The notes under the pieces are model-generated. The model was not told the origin of the DNA, did no database searches, and worked only from the letters and a program-made list of their open reading frames with translations. A program made the position numbers and the translations under genes. From a virus (Duplodnaviria; Caudoviricetes), in IMG/VR virus record IMGVR_UViG_3300024229_000651: DNA of 64,000 nt; one strand, 5' to 3'. Within the stretch, counting starts at the first letter, position 1; each line of letters opens with the position of its first letter. This document shows positions 47,155 through 55,862 of this stretch, one piece after another.

Positions 47155-47597
47155 TACTCGTCCTCGTTTGTGTAGAATGGAACCATTTGAATATCACCGT
47201 TAGGTAATTCCACTTCCTTATATCCAAGAGGTTCCATATCATCAGGAGCACCAAACTCGTCAGGCTCTACTGCTGGTGTGGGAGGAACTGCTTTTGCTTC
47301 CTCAGTTGCTCGAGCTTTTCCAGTTTTAACAACTGGCGCCATATCAGACTCAGTAGTTTGTTGCTCGTCTGGCATAGGTCCTTTTAGTGAACTTTTCTGT
47401 GCCGTGTCAGTTTTAGGATTAGCTTTATGATGCTCCCTAGCACGATCCTCGGCTTTTTGTATTACCTTACCACCTTTGCCGATAACATCGCCTCTCGCAT
47501 TCACTTTCATATTGCCTACGGCCGGTTCGTCGCCCTGCTGTGCAATAAGTGTCTGGAAGTCAATAATCTTGCCTCTGTTTGATCTATGTTGTACCAT
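47154..47597 (-). CDS. Hypothetical protein
   Basis: 147 aa, GNMKVNARGD motif. Confidence 0.7.
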   Translation of the reverse strand: MVQHRSNRGKIIDFQTLIAQQGDEPAVGNMKVNARGDVIGKGGKVIQKAEDRAREHHKANPKTDTAQKSSLKGPMPDEQQTTESDMAPVVKTGKARATEEAKAVPPTPAVEPDEFGAPDDMEPLGYKEVELPNGDIQMVPFYTNEDE

Positions 47598-48110
47598 TTA
47601 ACCCTCTTTTAAAAATTCTGTTATGTCCAAGTTATATTTAATGCTGTTTATCTTATGCACACCAATTAAAAATAGAACATAACTGGCTACACTACTGCCT
47701 CTACCTACTCCCCAAACACAATTGTTAGATCTCATAGTGTCTATAATATATATCAACAACTGTAACATGGGATATAAGTTTCTGGCTTTGTATAGTGCTA
47801 ATTCCTCGTCTACTCTGTTAAGGGCCTCCAGGTTATCAGACTGGTCCTCTGCTTGGGGAATTAGCTTTCTAATATAATCCTCAACATCTATATCTCTATA
47901 ATGCTGTGGTATATTAAAAACTGCCGTTCTATCGTAATCTTCGTCTGCCAGCAAGGACATACAATTCATGTCAAGTTCTTCACAAAACTTGTTGTACTGT
48001 TGTAAGTCGCTAGATTCCACAAATTCTGTTTGTGCAATATCGGCATCTCTGTATAACAGTTCAATACCGTCAAATTCTGATGTCTGGTGTCTATTAAATT
48101 TATCTAACAT
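47598..48110 (-). CDS. Stand-alone DnaE (Pol III alpha)-like palm fragment lacking the catalytic DxD
   Basis: RVDEELALY...GVGRGSSVASYVLFLIGVHKI...EFLK parallels DnaE G.GRGS...FERFL. Confidence 0.7.
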   Translation of the reverse strand: MLDKFNRHQTSEFDGIELLYRDADIAQTEFVESSDLQQYNKFCEELDMNCMSLLADEDYDRTAVFNIPQHYRDIDVEDYIRKLIPQAEDQSDNLEALNRVDEELALYKARNLYPMLQLLIYIIDTMRSNNCVWGVGRGSSVASYVLFLIGVHKINSIKYNLDITEFLKEG

Positions 48111-48150
48111 GTGCTAATAATACATGATATTGCATTCATTGTCAAGAAGT

Positions 48151-48894
48151 TTATACTAAAGTAGGTTTCCACTTTTGTTTATCCCTGGCGATCTTTTCAA
48201 AGTCGATTTCTATGACCTCAGCTGGAGAGTTTGTACCAAGTATATCTCTTACTTGATCTTCAATTTGCTCAAAGTCACTAGTAATATTATCTTCTGCATC
48301 ACAAATGTTTAAGCGAATTTTATCCACGTCTTCTTGTGAAAGTGCAAAATTGTCATATGTTGTAACATCATCTCGCATCCACCATGGGTTTTTCCATATA
48401 CTAAGTTCGCCCATAAATTCTTCCTGACTTGGCAAGGATTCAGGATATTCGCCGTCTAAATCAGAATATTCAAACACAGTGTTTGTGTCGTTTTCTTTTA
48501 GTACTATGTCGGTTACTATGATGCCTTCTTTGCATAGGGTGTTAAGTTTTGCATACAAGCAGAGTCCCAGTATTGTAAAATTCAATGAGGGTGTAACAAT
48601 TAACATATTTTCAGAAGCACTAAAATGCCTATTAATCATATCGGTACCATCTTTTTCATACCATATACTGTTGTCAATATAATTCTGTAAAAAATGCTCT
48701 ATCTTATGTACTGTGACATTTTGATTAAACGTGAGTTCGTCTAACTCCATTTCCGAATCAATAGCACTTGACTTCCAACAAATGTTATAAGATGCTGATT
48801 GGATAAATTCTAGTTCATCCCCTTGTTCGTTTTGTGTTGCACAAGATACACAAAAGTCTGTGCTCTTTGCTAATTTAATCGTTTTTATCATCAT
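48151..48894 (-). CDS. Hypothetical protein
   Basis: Acidic, operonic, start MMIK at 48894. Confidence 0.7.
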   Translation of the reverse strand: MMIKTIKLAKSTDFCVSCATQNEQGDELEFIQSASYNICWKSSAIDSEMELDELTFNQNVTVHKIEHFLQNYIDNSIWYEKDGTDMINRHFSASENMLIVTPSLNFTILGLCLYAKLNTLCKEGIIVTDIVLKENDTNTVFEYSDLDGEYPESLPSQEEFMGELSIWKNPWWMRDDVTTYDNFALSQEDVDKIRLNICDAEDNITSDFEQIEDQVRDILGTNSPAEVIEIDFEKIARDKQKWKPTLV

Positions 48895-49213
48895 TGCTAT
48901 CCTTTTTGGCATAAAATGCTGCGAGGTCTTGCACAATTTTTTGACTTTCGTCTTGATAGTCTGGGTGCACTAGATCCGATGATATTGTGCCTATCTCTGT
49001 GACTGTTTCTAATTGTACTTTGTTGTCTTTGTATGTATCCATGTACATCCTTTCTTGATATTCCATGTCAACTGCTTGTTTCATAGAATATACTACATCG
49101 TATAAAGGACTGCTACCTGGTATAACAAATAGTTTTTTATCGTACTCTCTTTGCTTTTCCTGTAGTTCTTGTAATGTCATACTGGAAAAATCTAATAAAG
49201 GATGTAGACTCAT
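48875..49213 (-). CDS. Hypothetical protein
   Basis: 112 aa operonic. Confidence 0.65.
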   Translation of the reverse strand: MSLHPLLDFSSMTLQELQEKQREYDKKLFVIPGSSPLYDVVYSMKQAVDMEYQERMYMDTYKDNKVQLETVTEIGTISSDLVHPDYQDESQKIVQDLAAFYAKKDSNDDKND

Positions 49214-49563
49214 AACGACAACCTGTAGTATATTGCATCGTCCGATTGTCTAAATCTAACTATGTTACCTTTGATTATAAAATCCCAAAACTCTTTCAAC
49301 CCGTGGTCTTCTGCGGCATCTCTTAATTTTTGTTGGCCGTCATTAGAACGAGTATTAAATCTACCTTGGGGTATTTGATACATGCTTCCTGAAAGATAAT
49401 GACTGTTTCCTGGTAACTGTATTTCGTTATCTTTCCAGTTTTCCCAGCACATTGTAAAATATTCTGACCGTCCAGCTACACTTTTCAAATCAATGTTGTG
49501 TTTGTGTGATATCATATCAATTAGATGATTAGGATATATGCTGTTCAGTGTTTTTAATTTCAT
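49210..49563 (-). CDS. Hypothetical protein
   Basis: 117 aa operonic. Confidence 0.6.
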   Translation of the reverse strand: MKLKTLNSIYPNHLIDMISHKHNIDLKSVAGRSEYFTMCWENWKDNEIQLPGNSHYLSGSMYQIPQGRFNTRSNDGQQKLRDAAEDHGLKEFWDFIIKGNIVRFRQSDDAIYYRLSL

Positions 49564-50407
49564 ATGATACTATCGATTCTTCGTTGACACCGTTATGATT
49601 AAATCTTTGACTAATGATTATGTCTAGATTCGGCAACGGATGTTTAATTTGTTTTTCAATAACATAACTTTTGGGTTTACCGTGTATGTTAAGTCCGTAG
49701 GCTTTTAATTTTTGCTTGCTAGGTAGTGGTACATCACTATTAACAGCATTGCTGTAAAACTGGTCTATATTCGATGAATGAGATGTTTCTGATAAATTAA
49801 ATCCCATAGTCGCATAGTCTGCTAGTACAGCAAATATGTCGCTGGTTGTTATAATTAATTTCTTAAATCTAGTTTCAGAAGTATTGTTATTCCATAAAAG
49901 ATTTAATCTGTTATTAACACAGGATATAGTAACAAAGCTCTCACTTTTCTTTATTACTTTAAAGTTCAGTTTATCTGCAAATTCATTCATAACATTTACA
50001 CTGCTATTATTTACAGTAAGTCCTACAACATAGTCTAACGGTAATGTGCCTGGTACCTCTGACATACTACTATCAAAATACTCATCGTAATTTTTCCTAA
50101 ACATATCTATAGGATAGGAATACACGTTGATTCCGTAGAACTTGCAAAAGTTTAGCCCTGTTGTAGTACACTTAACACTGCCGTCTAGGCAGTTATCACT
50201 GTTGAATCCTACACCGGATAAGCCAGTATCAGTGTCTGTCCTAGTATTCACTAGCATGATACACTTTCCCGCAACCCACATTGATGCAGTTTTAGATTTT
50301 GTTATTGACAACTTCTTAAACCCAAGCTGTCGAATAACAGTGTCGCACTCTTGGTAAGAGTGCGTATCAGGGTTCACGTTATATTCTATAAAGTTTAATT
50401 CAGCCAT
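49529..50407 (-). CDS. VOC/glyoxalase-fold protein resembling 4-hydroxyphenylpyruvate dioxygenase
   Basis: FIEY...LGF....SK...W..G...LVN and ..F.DKLNF segments resemble HppD; iron-ligand His not evident. Confidence 0.45.
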   Translation of the reverse strand: MAELNFIEYNVNPDTHSYQECDTVIRQLGFKKLSITKSKTASMWVAGKCIMLVNTRTDTDTGLSGVGFNSDNCLDGSVKCTTTGLNFCKFYGINVYSYPIDMFRKNYDEYFDSSMSEVPGTLPLDYVVGLTVNNSSVNVMNEFADKLNFKVIKKSESFVTISCVNNRLNLLWNNNTSETRFKKLIITTSDIFAVLADYATMGFNLSETSHSSNIDQFYSNAVNSDVPLPSKQKLKAYGLNIHGKPKSYVIEKQIKHPLPNLDIIISQRFNHNGVNEESIVSYEIKNTEQHIS

Positions 50408-50729
50408 TACTTGCTGTATCACACTCTCCGCAGCATTCCGGTGTGCCGCAATTTGGATGTTCTTTTATCTCAGGAAGTAAATCCTCACCATAACGGCCAC
50501 GAGTTCTGTTGCCATCGCCGTTAAGTTCGGTTAAATCCTGCTGTACATAAGTATAGTCTCTATGGCTCGCATCAACTAATTCTCTGTACTTTGTTTTGTA
50601 CTCATTATTATCAACGGCGTCTCTGTACTTGGATTTGTACAGTGATAATTCCTTTTCCAAGAACTCTACTTTTTGTTGTAGTTCTTGTACAGTCGGCTTA
50701 TCGTTAGGGTCAAATATTGCTGGTTCCAT
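50400..50729 (-). CDS. Coiled-coil protein with C-terminal Cys cluster
   Basis: HPNCGTPECCGEC. Confidence 0.65.
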   Translation of the reverse strand: MEPAIFDPNDKPTVQELQQKVEFLEKELSLYKSKYRDAVDNNEYKTKYRELVDASHRDYTYVQQDLTELNGDGNRTRGRYGEDLLPEIKEHPNCGTPECCGECDTASNG

Positions 50730-51322
50730 TACATCTCTCTTTTGTTTACCACAGTGTCAACTAGACCCATTGCCAATGCTTCTTGCGAAGTCAGGAAGTT
50801 GTCCCTGTCCATTGCAGATTCAAAGTCATTGTAGGACTTTCCAGCAGTGTTATGCTTGACATAAATTTCTGTAAGCTCACGCTTGATTCTAATAATCTCT
50901 TTAGCACGAATTTCAATGTCGCTTGCTTGCCCTTGGGCGCCGCCTAATGGTTGATGGATCATGTGCCTAGCGCCTGGTAACATGTAACGTTTACCTGTTG
51001 CGCCTGACTGAGCTAATAAACTCCCCATGCTTGCTGCCTGTCCCATTACGATAGTGCTTACTTCTGGATTAATGTATTGCATAGTATCATAGATTGCCAT
51101 ACCGGCAGTTACTACTCCGCCTGGACTATTAATATAAAAGCTAATATCCGCATTGGGGTCTTCTGCTTCTAAGAATAATAGCTGTGCACAAATGCTGTTT
51201 GACACCATGTCATTTACTTCTCCATTCAAAAATATAATTCTATCTTTGAGTAGTCTGCTGTAGATGTCATAACTACGCTCACCTGCGCTAGTCTTTTCTA
51301 TTACATACGGTACGAAATTCAT
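50729..51322 (-). CDS. clpP: ClpP protease
   Basis: [26 protein letters not shown] (Ser), MIHQP (His), MDRD (Asp). Confidence 0.96.
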   Translation of the reverse strand: MNFVPYVIEKTSAGERSYDIYSRLLKDRIIFLNGEVNDMVSNSICAQLLFLEAEDPNADISFYINSPGGVVTAGMAIYDTMQYINPEVSTIVMGQAASMGSLLAQSGATGKRYMLPGARHMIHQPLGGAQGQASDIEIRAKEIIRIKRELTEIYVKHNTAGKSYNDFESAMDRDNFLTSQEALAMGLVDTVVNKREM

Positions 51323-51349
51323 ATTAACCTCTTGTGGTATTGTATTTAT

Positions 51350-51706
51350 TTAAACTGCAAGCAGTTCTTTAATTTTCTTCAGTGCCATATCAAATCCTCT
51401 CATACGTCTCATTGAGATTCTTGCAGGCGTTACATACTGGAAGTCAGAAAGTTCCATGTCCTTAATACCAGCGTAGTTTGTCGATTTTAAATCGTCAATC
51501 ATTGCTGTTAATATACCCTTAACAAACATACCCGAACTGTCATGATATATCTCTCCGTCAATGAGAGCTATCCAAACATCGGTGGCACATCCGACTACTT
51601 TATTTTCGTGTAGTCTAAGGTCTGCAGGAGGATCTTCATAATCGTAATCCATCATTACTTCATAAAAATCTTCGTGAGATAATTCTATTAAAAATTCTTT
51701 GTCCAT
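51350..51706 (-). CDS. SufE/CsdE-like sulfur acceptor
   Basis: ENKVVGCATDVWI, DSSGMFVKGI; promoter TTGACT-17-TATAAT at 51712-51740. Confidence 0.65.
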   Translation of the reverse strand: MDKEFLIELSHEDFYEVMMDYDYEDPPADLRLHENKVVGCATDVWIALIDGEIYHDSSGMFVKGILTAMIDDLKSTNYAGIKDMELSDFQYVTPARISMRRMRGFDMALKKIKELLAV

Positions 51707-51774
51707 AGTGTATTATACTTTAAAACTGTTTGATAGTCAATAGTATTTAATGACTTTTGAGGGGTAGCACAAAC

Positions 51775-51802
51775 AAAAATGGTGCGCATTTAGCGCACCA
51801 TT
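51775..51802 (-). terminator. Intrinsic terminator
   Basis: AATGGTGCGC-TAAAT-GCGCACCATT then T run. Confidence 0.75.
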
Positions 51803-51823
51803 AGTGTAAAGCATTAAGATAAA

Positions 51824-52237
51824 TTAATTGACTTCGACGCTGTAACCAGACGCTAAGATTAAGGATTCGATCTCTGCATCGTCTGATATTTCAGAAATGC
51901 TAGTACTGTCTCCGTTGTCTGCTTTATAAAATACGCCTTCTTTGACAAACCATGCTCTGTACTTAACGCCTTCATCTGCAATTTCGTCATCGAAATGTAT
52001 AGCTTTGTAGCCATCAAAGTCTGATGGACCTGAACCATTTGGTTCTTCTGCACCAATACTATAGTCACTTGCAGTAACTTTTGCATTTAGCAGTGCGTCT
52101 ACAGCAGCCTTGTCGCTTGCGTCATTTAGTACCCAGGCACCGCTGTCACCTTGAACAAAATACGCTTTGTACTCTGCGCTATCTTCTATTAAATCTATGT
52201 GTGCTCTAAGTGCTTTTTCGTCTGAATAAGATGCCAT
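51824..52237 (-). CDS. Acidic hypothetical protein
   Basis: 137 aa operonic. Confidence 0.7.
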   Translation of the reverse strand: MASYSDEKALRAHIDLIEDSAEYKAYFVQGDSGAWVLNDASDKAAVDALLNAKVTASDYSIGAEEPNGSGPSDFDGYKAIHFDDEIADEGVKYRAWFVKEGVFYKADNGDSTSISEISDDAEIESLILASGYSVEVN

Positions 52238-52243
52238 TTTCTA

Positions 52244-52411
52244 TTAGTCCTCTTCTTTTTGTAAAAATGTCCAGATACCATATGCTAAACCTGCCCAAGC
52301 GGCCATTTTAACAATGCCTCCAAACAAAATAATTGCTAAAGATCCAGCAACAATAATGCCGCCGTCCCAACTAGTTCTTTCCTTTAGTCTGTCTTTAACC
52401 CATGTAATCAT
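52244..52411 (-). CDS. Small two-TM membrane protein
   Basis: MITWVKDRLKERTSWDG..., GGAG SD. Confidence 0.65.
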   Translation of the reverse strand: MITWVKDRLKERTSWDGGIIVAGSLAIILFGGIVKMAAWAGLAYGIWTFLQKEED

Positions 52412-52427
52412 GATGGTCTCCTTAAAC

Positions 52428-53225
52428 TTATTTATCATTTTTTTCAATTTTGGATGTGTACCTAATGTAATAAGGCATGCCGTGATCCATAACAAAGTCG
52501 AAGAATTGAAACTTTGATAATGCTTTTCCTAATCCTCTGAATTGATCTTTAACTCTCTGCCATGAGGTACATGGACGTATTTGTCCGTAATAATTAATAT
52601 AGTTTAGTTCGCCAGTATGTCTAAACAACATAAATGTAGGTGGTACTTTTGGTACTATGTCGTTATTATTCACGTAACGCTTGTACGCACCAATACCACA
52701 TACATCTAGATGTTTACAGTAACCTTTCGTACCTACTCTAGGTTGTCCGAAAGTTCTCAATTCTTTAATTGGTATGCCGTCTGCTACCAATTGTTCTGCA
52801 ATAATAACTGCCATAGCACCGCCTAAACTGTGACCACAGACATAAACGTCTTGATCTTTTTTACGGCCTTGCCTAATTTCTTCGAGAATCTCAGAGTATA
52901 TTTTGTTTGCATACGTATGAAATCCTCTGTGTACTCTACCGGACACAGGGTGCTTTATTGGATATAAATCTAAGTCTGCTAGGACATCTTTTGCTTCTGT
53001 AGGTTCAGTGCCTCGACATGCTACTACTATACTGTTATCTTTTGTATAGAATATCCACGCTTCTGAACTATCATCGTCGCCACTAATATACTTTGACTTT
53101 GTACGTTGTAGTCCTATCTGCTTTTCTACATTTTTTTGATCTGCTTCGTCTAGATATGCTCTTCCTGCGAGCATTGCAAGTAAAGCAGCTTTTTGGTGTT
53201 CTGTTGCTGTTTTTAATTGCGGCAT
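52428..53225 (-). CDS. Class 3 lipase (alpha/beta hydrolase)
   Basis: ACRGT, VHRGF, GHSLGG, TFGQPRVG, NDIVP, DH. Confidence 0.88.
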   Translation of the reverse strand: MPQLKTATEHQKAALLAMLAGRAYLDEADQKNVEKQIGLQRTKSKYISGDDDSSEAWIFYTKDNSIVVACRGTEPTEAKDVLADLDLYPIKHPVSGRVHRGFHTYANKIYSEILEEIRQGRKKDQDVYVCGHSLGGAMAVIIAEQLVADGIPIKELRTFGQPRVGTKGYCKHLDVCGIGAYKRYVNNNDIVPKVPPTFMLFRHTGELNYINYYGQIRPCTSWQRVKDQFRGLGKALSKFQFFDFVMDHGMPYYIRYTSKIEKNDK

Positions 53226-53264
53226 GTGTAATCTCCGTTTATAAGTGTTATTTATTTTAATCAT

Positions 53265-53290
53265 AAAAAAAGGCAGTTTACACTGCCTTT
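53265..53290 (-). terminator. Intrinsic terminator
   Basis: AAAGGCAG-N6-CTGCCTTT plus T run. Confidence 0.8.
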
Positions 53291-53305
53291 AGTAATCTCA
53301 CAGAT

Positions 53306-53464
53306 CTATATTTGGGATAAGCATAGGTACATAGTAGCAATAGTCCACATAGATAGAAATGCCCAACCAACAGATTCACAAAATGAACCATCAGCACAGA
53401 CGTTGTCCGCTATATTTTTGATTACCGCCGAGATGTTACTACCCGCTTTTTTCAAGCTAGTCAT
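53306..53464 (-). CDS. 52-aa membrane peptide (missed by ORF track)
   Basis: MTSLKKAGSNISAVIKNIADNVCADGSFCESVGWAFLSMWTIATMYLCLSQI; CAGGAG SD; followed by terminator. Confidence 0.65.
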   Translation of the reverse strand: MTSLKKAGSNISAVIKNIADNVCADGSFCESVGWAFLSMWTIATMYLCLSQI

Positions 53465-53469
53465 GTTTT

Positions 53470-53601
53470 TCTCCTGAGTCTAATATAATATTAGCACCCG
53501 CTTTCACTACCCCTCTCGGGCATAGCTCAGTGTGTTAAGACCCTCTTACGAGGCATCAGTAAACACATTGTTGTGGAAGTGCGTTGTGCGAATTACTTCC
53601 A
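53470..53601 (-). ncRNA. Candidate structured 5' leader RNA
   Basis: Five stems including two GNRA tetraloops (GTAA, GAGA); downstream of GATAAATA at 53606-53613. Confidence 0.55.
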
Positions 53602-53658
53602 ATTGTATTTATCAATGTGTAACTATACTACACAGTTTATTGGTTTTTTGTTACCTTA

Positions 53659-55509
53659 TTAAACGGAAATGACGCTTTTGCCAAAGCCTTGGCGGCGCCT
53701 AAAGTAAAGACGGTTTAGGTATTCCTCACCTTTCACATTTTCACTAATGTCAAACGTGTAATTGTAAGTACCATCTTTAAAACTGTCTATGTGATTTATG
53801 AATTGAAAGAAGTTATGATTGTACTGCCTCTCATATGGATACGATGTGTCCATGCTTGTTACAAAATTATGCTGATAATCCATTAATTCTTCAAATAGGT
53901 CGCTGTCTAATTCGCACCATTCTGAACTGAATACTTTGTGCACAAAATCGAACACTATATCGCTGTTAGCGTGGAATTCTTTTTGTGCATCCCACATAAG
54001 TGTGTGCCCGCTAAAGCCATCGCTCTTGCCTGTTTCTAGGTAGTATGCTAATTTTTCTACTGTTGCTCTATTAACGTCACCAATGAATCCTTTATCATTA
54101 ATCACAGCATCGTATACTCTGTCATATGTTTCTAAGTAGGTAACGTTCTTGTATGATCTTAGAAACCTTGCAAGTGCCTGGCTCCATCCAAAGTTGTGGA
54201 AGTTATTGATCACCCAGGCATAGTTCCAACTATCGATAAATTTTTGTCTAGGCATGTACTTTGTGCCAGTAACAAGTTCTACCTTCTCTGGTATATTATC
54301 CTCTTCCTCAAAGCCACTGATATAGTTTTCCACAACAACTGTTGTTATGCCATGAGTTTCTCGTTGGGTAGGAGTATTCATTTCTGCATTCTCTAGCAAC
54401 TGTGCAAGCCAGCTTTCGATAGCATTGTGTTGTCCCGCTTCTATGACTTCGCATATACCTCTGCGCCAACTGTTAAACGTTTCCTTGGGTAATCCTAATA
54501 TTAACTCTGTGTAACTAGGGATGTTTTCCTTGTTGCACTTGTCGAAGATCATTTTTAGATCACTAATTTCCATGTTACGTCTACGGATCTCAGTGAGTAC
54601 GTCCATGTCCATGCTTTGTACACTTAATGTAAGTCCTCTATTGAACCCGCTACTAATAAACTTTTTAACAATTTCTAGGATTTCGTCACTACTGTTCTTA
54701 TACCATGTTGCATCAACAACTTTTGGGAATCCGTATTTGTCTTGCAGTTTCACAAGCTCTTCGGTGACTTCTAAATCTCTGTCAGTGAATACACCAAAGT
54801 TAGCATCTGCTATTGTAACGTAATCAACTTTATGTTCTGCCATCCATACAAGCTCTTGCAGAACCTTTGGCATAGGAAATTTTCGTATCTTTGCATACGT
54901 TAAACTGCCCCAGTCGCAGAATGTGCATGCAAACGGGCATCCTCTGTTTGTTTCTAATGTGCCATTCCAAACAACATCTGGATTATCTTTGTAAATTTTA
55001 TCAAATACACCCGTAGTGTAAGGACTAGGTATTTCTAAGTCGTCTAGTCTGCCTCCGAGATATATTTGTTTGAGTGGTTCTTTGTTATGGAAAGTTTCTA
55101 ATATTTCAACAAATGTCTCTTCGCCTTCATTAAGGGAAATAACATCCACAAAAGGATTATTATCAAAAAACTTTTCTTCTTCTGGTCGGTTGGTAACTTG
55201 TGGACCTCCGAATACAATCGTTATACTAGGATTATATTCTTTTAGCCTACGAGCTATTTCTTTGTTGTATTCCCAGTTCCACATATAGCAACTGAAGAAT
55301 GCTATATCAGAATCCTTAACTCGGCTAACTAACGTGTCTGGGTCTTCTCGCCTAAATATTAAATCGTGTAATTCAAAATTCTGATTTACTACATCAAACT
55401 GATTACCATAACTCCATAGGCATCCTACAGAATACGGTAACCAGTAGCCTGCTAACGATCCCAGGCCGATTTTAAAGTTAGGTTGTACTAACAATACTTT
55501 ATGTTTCAC
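53659..55509 (-). CDS. Cobalamin-binding radical SAM enzyme
   Basis: N-terminal B12-binding-like domain (FSCYMWN, GGPQ); RGCPFACTFCDWG; DANFG; ELILGLP. Confidence 0.88.
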   Translation of the reverse strand: MKHKVLLVQPNFKIGLGSLAGYWLPYSVGCLWSYGNQFDVVNQNFELHDLIFRREDPDTLVSRVKDSDIAFFSCYMWNWEYNKEIARRLKEYNPSITIVFGGPQVTNRPEEEKFFDNNPFVDVISLNEGEETFVEILETFHNKEPLKQIYLGGRLDDLEIPSPYTTGVFDKIYKDNPDVVWNGTLETNRGCPFACTFCDWGSLTYAKIRKFPMPKVLQELVWMAEHKVDYVTIADANFGVFTDRDLEVTEELVKLQDKYGFPKVVDATWYKNSSDEILEIVKKFISSGFNRGLTLSVQSMDMDVLTEIRRRNMEISDLKMIFDKCNKENIPSYTELILGLPKETFNSWRRGICEVIEAGQHNAIESWLAQLLENAEMNTPTQRETHGITTVVVENYISGFEEEDNIPEKVELVTGTKYMPRQKFIDSWNYAWVINNFHNFGWSQALARFLRSYKNVTYLETYDRVYDAVINDKGFIGDVNRATVEKLAYYLETGKSDGFSGHTLMWDAQKEFHANSDIVFDFVHKVFSSEWCELDSDLFEELMDYQHNFVTSMDTSYPYERQYNHNFFQFINHIDSFKDGTYNYTFDISENVKGEEYLNRLYFRRRQGFGKSVISV

Positions 55510-55530
55510 AGTACTACCTTGTTGTCAGAC

Positions 55531-55860
55531 TTACTTAGATGATGCGTCGAATACTTGTTGTACTAGAGCTTCTTTCTTTTTACGTCTGTCGATTTCAATA
55601 CCAAAAGTTCTACCTAATTCTTCCAGCTGCGATTTGGTCATTCTACCTAGTGATGCTAGGGTAACGCCCTTTTCAACTGTAACTGCAGGCTCTGCTTTTT
55701 TTGTTACTTTAGCCTTTTTCACAGCAGGCTTCTTGGGTGCTGCTTTCTTCTTGGGTGCTGCTTTCTTCTTAGGTGTTGCTTTCTCATCAGCCTTTGTTTC
55801 AGCTTTTTTTGGCTCTGCTACAGGAACACCTACGAACACACTTTGTAACCATTTAAACAT
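55531..55860 (-). CDS. Lys/Ala-rich histone-H1-like protein with C-terminal Rho-N/HeH-like motif
   Basis: PKKKAA repeats; MTKSQLEELGRTFGIEIDRRKKKEALV. Confidence 0.6.
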   Translation of the reverse strand: MFKWLQSVFVGVPVAEPKKAETKADEKATPKKKAAPKKKAAPKKPAVKKAKVTKKAEPAVTVEKGVTLASLGRMTKSQLEELGRTFGIEIDRRKKKEALVQQVFDASSK

Positions 55861-55862
55861 TA

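Noticed and set aside
53490-53560. Hammerhead ribozyme (CTGATG... and CTGAG...TGAAA)
   Set aside because: Neither copy has the full CUGANGA core followed by stem II and GAAA.
53470-53650. Cobalamin riboswitch next to the B12 radical SAM gene
   Set aside because: It lies downstream of that gene and lacks the GGGAA/GCCACUG/B12-box motifs.
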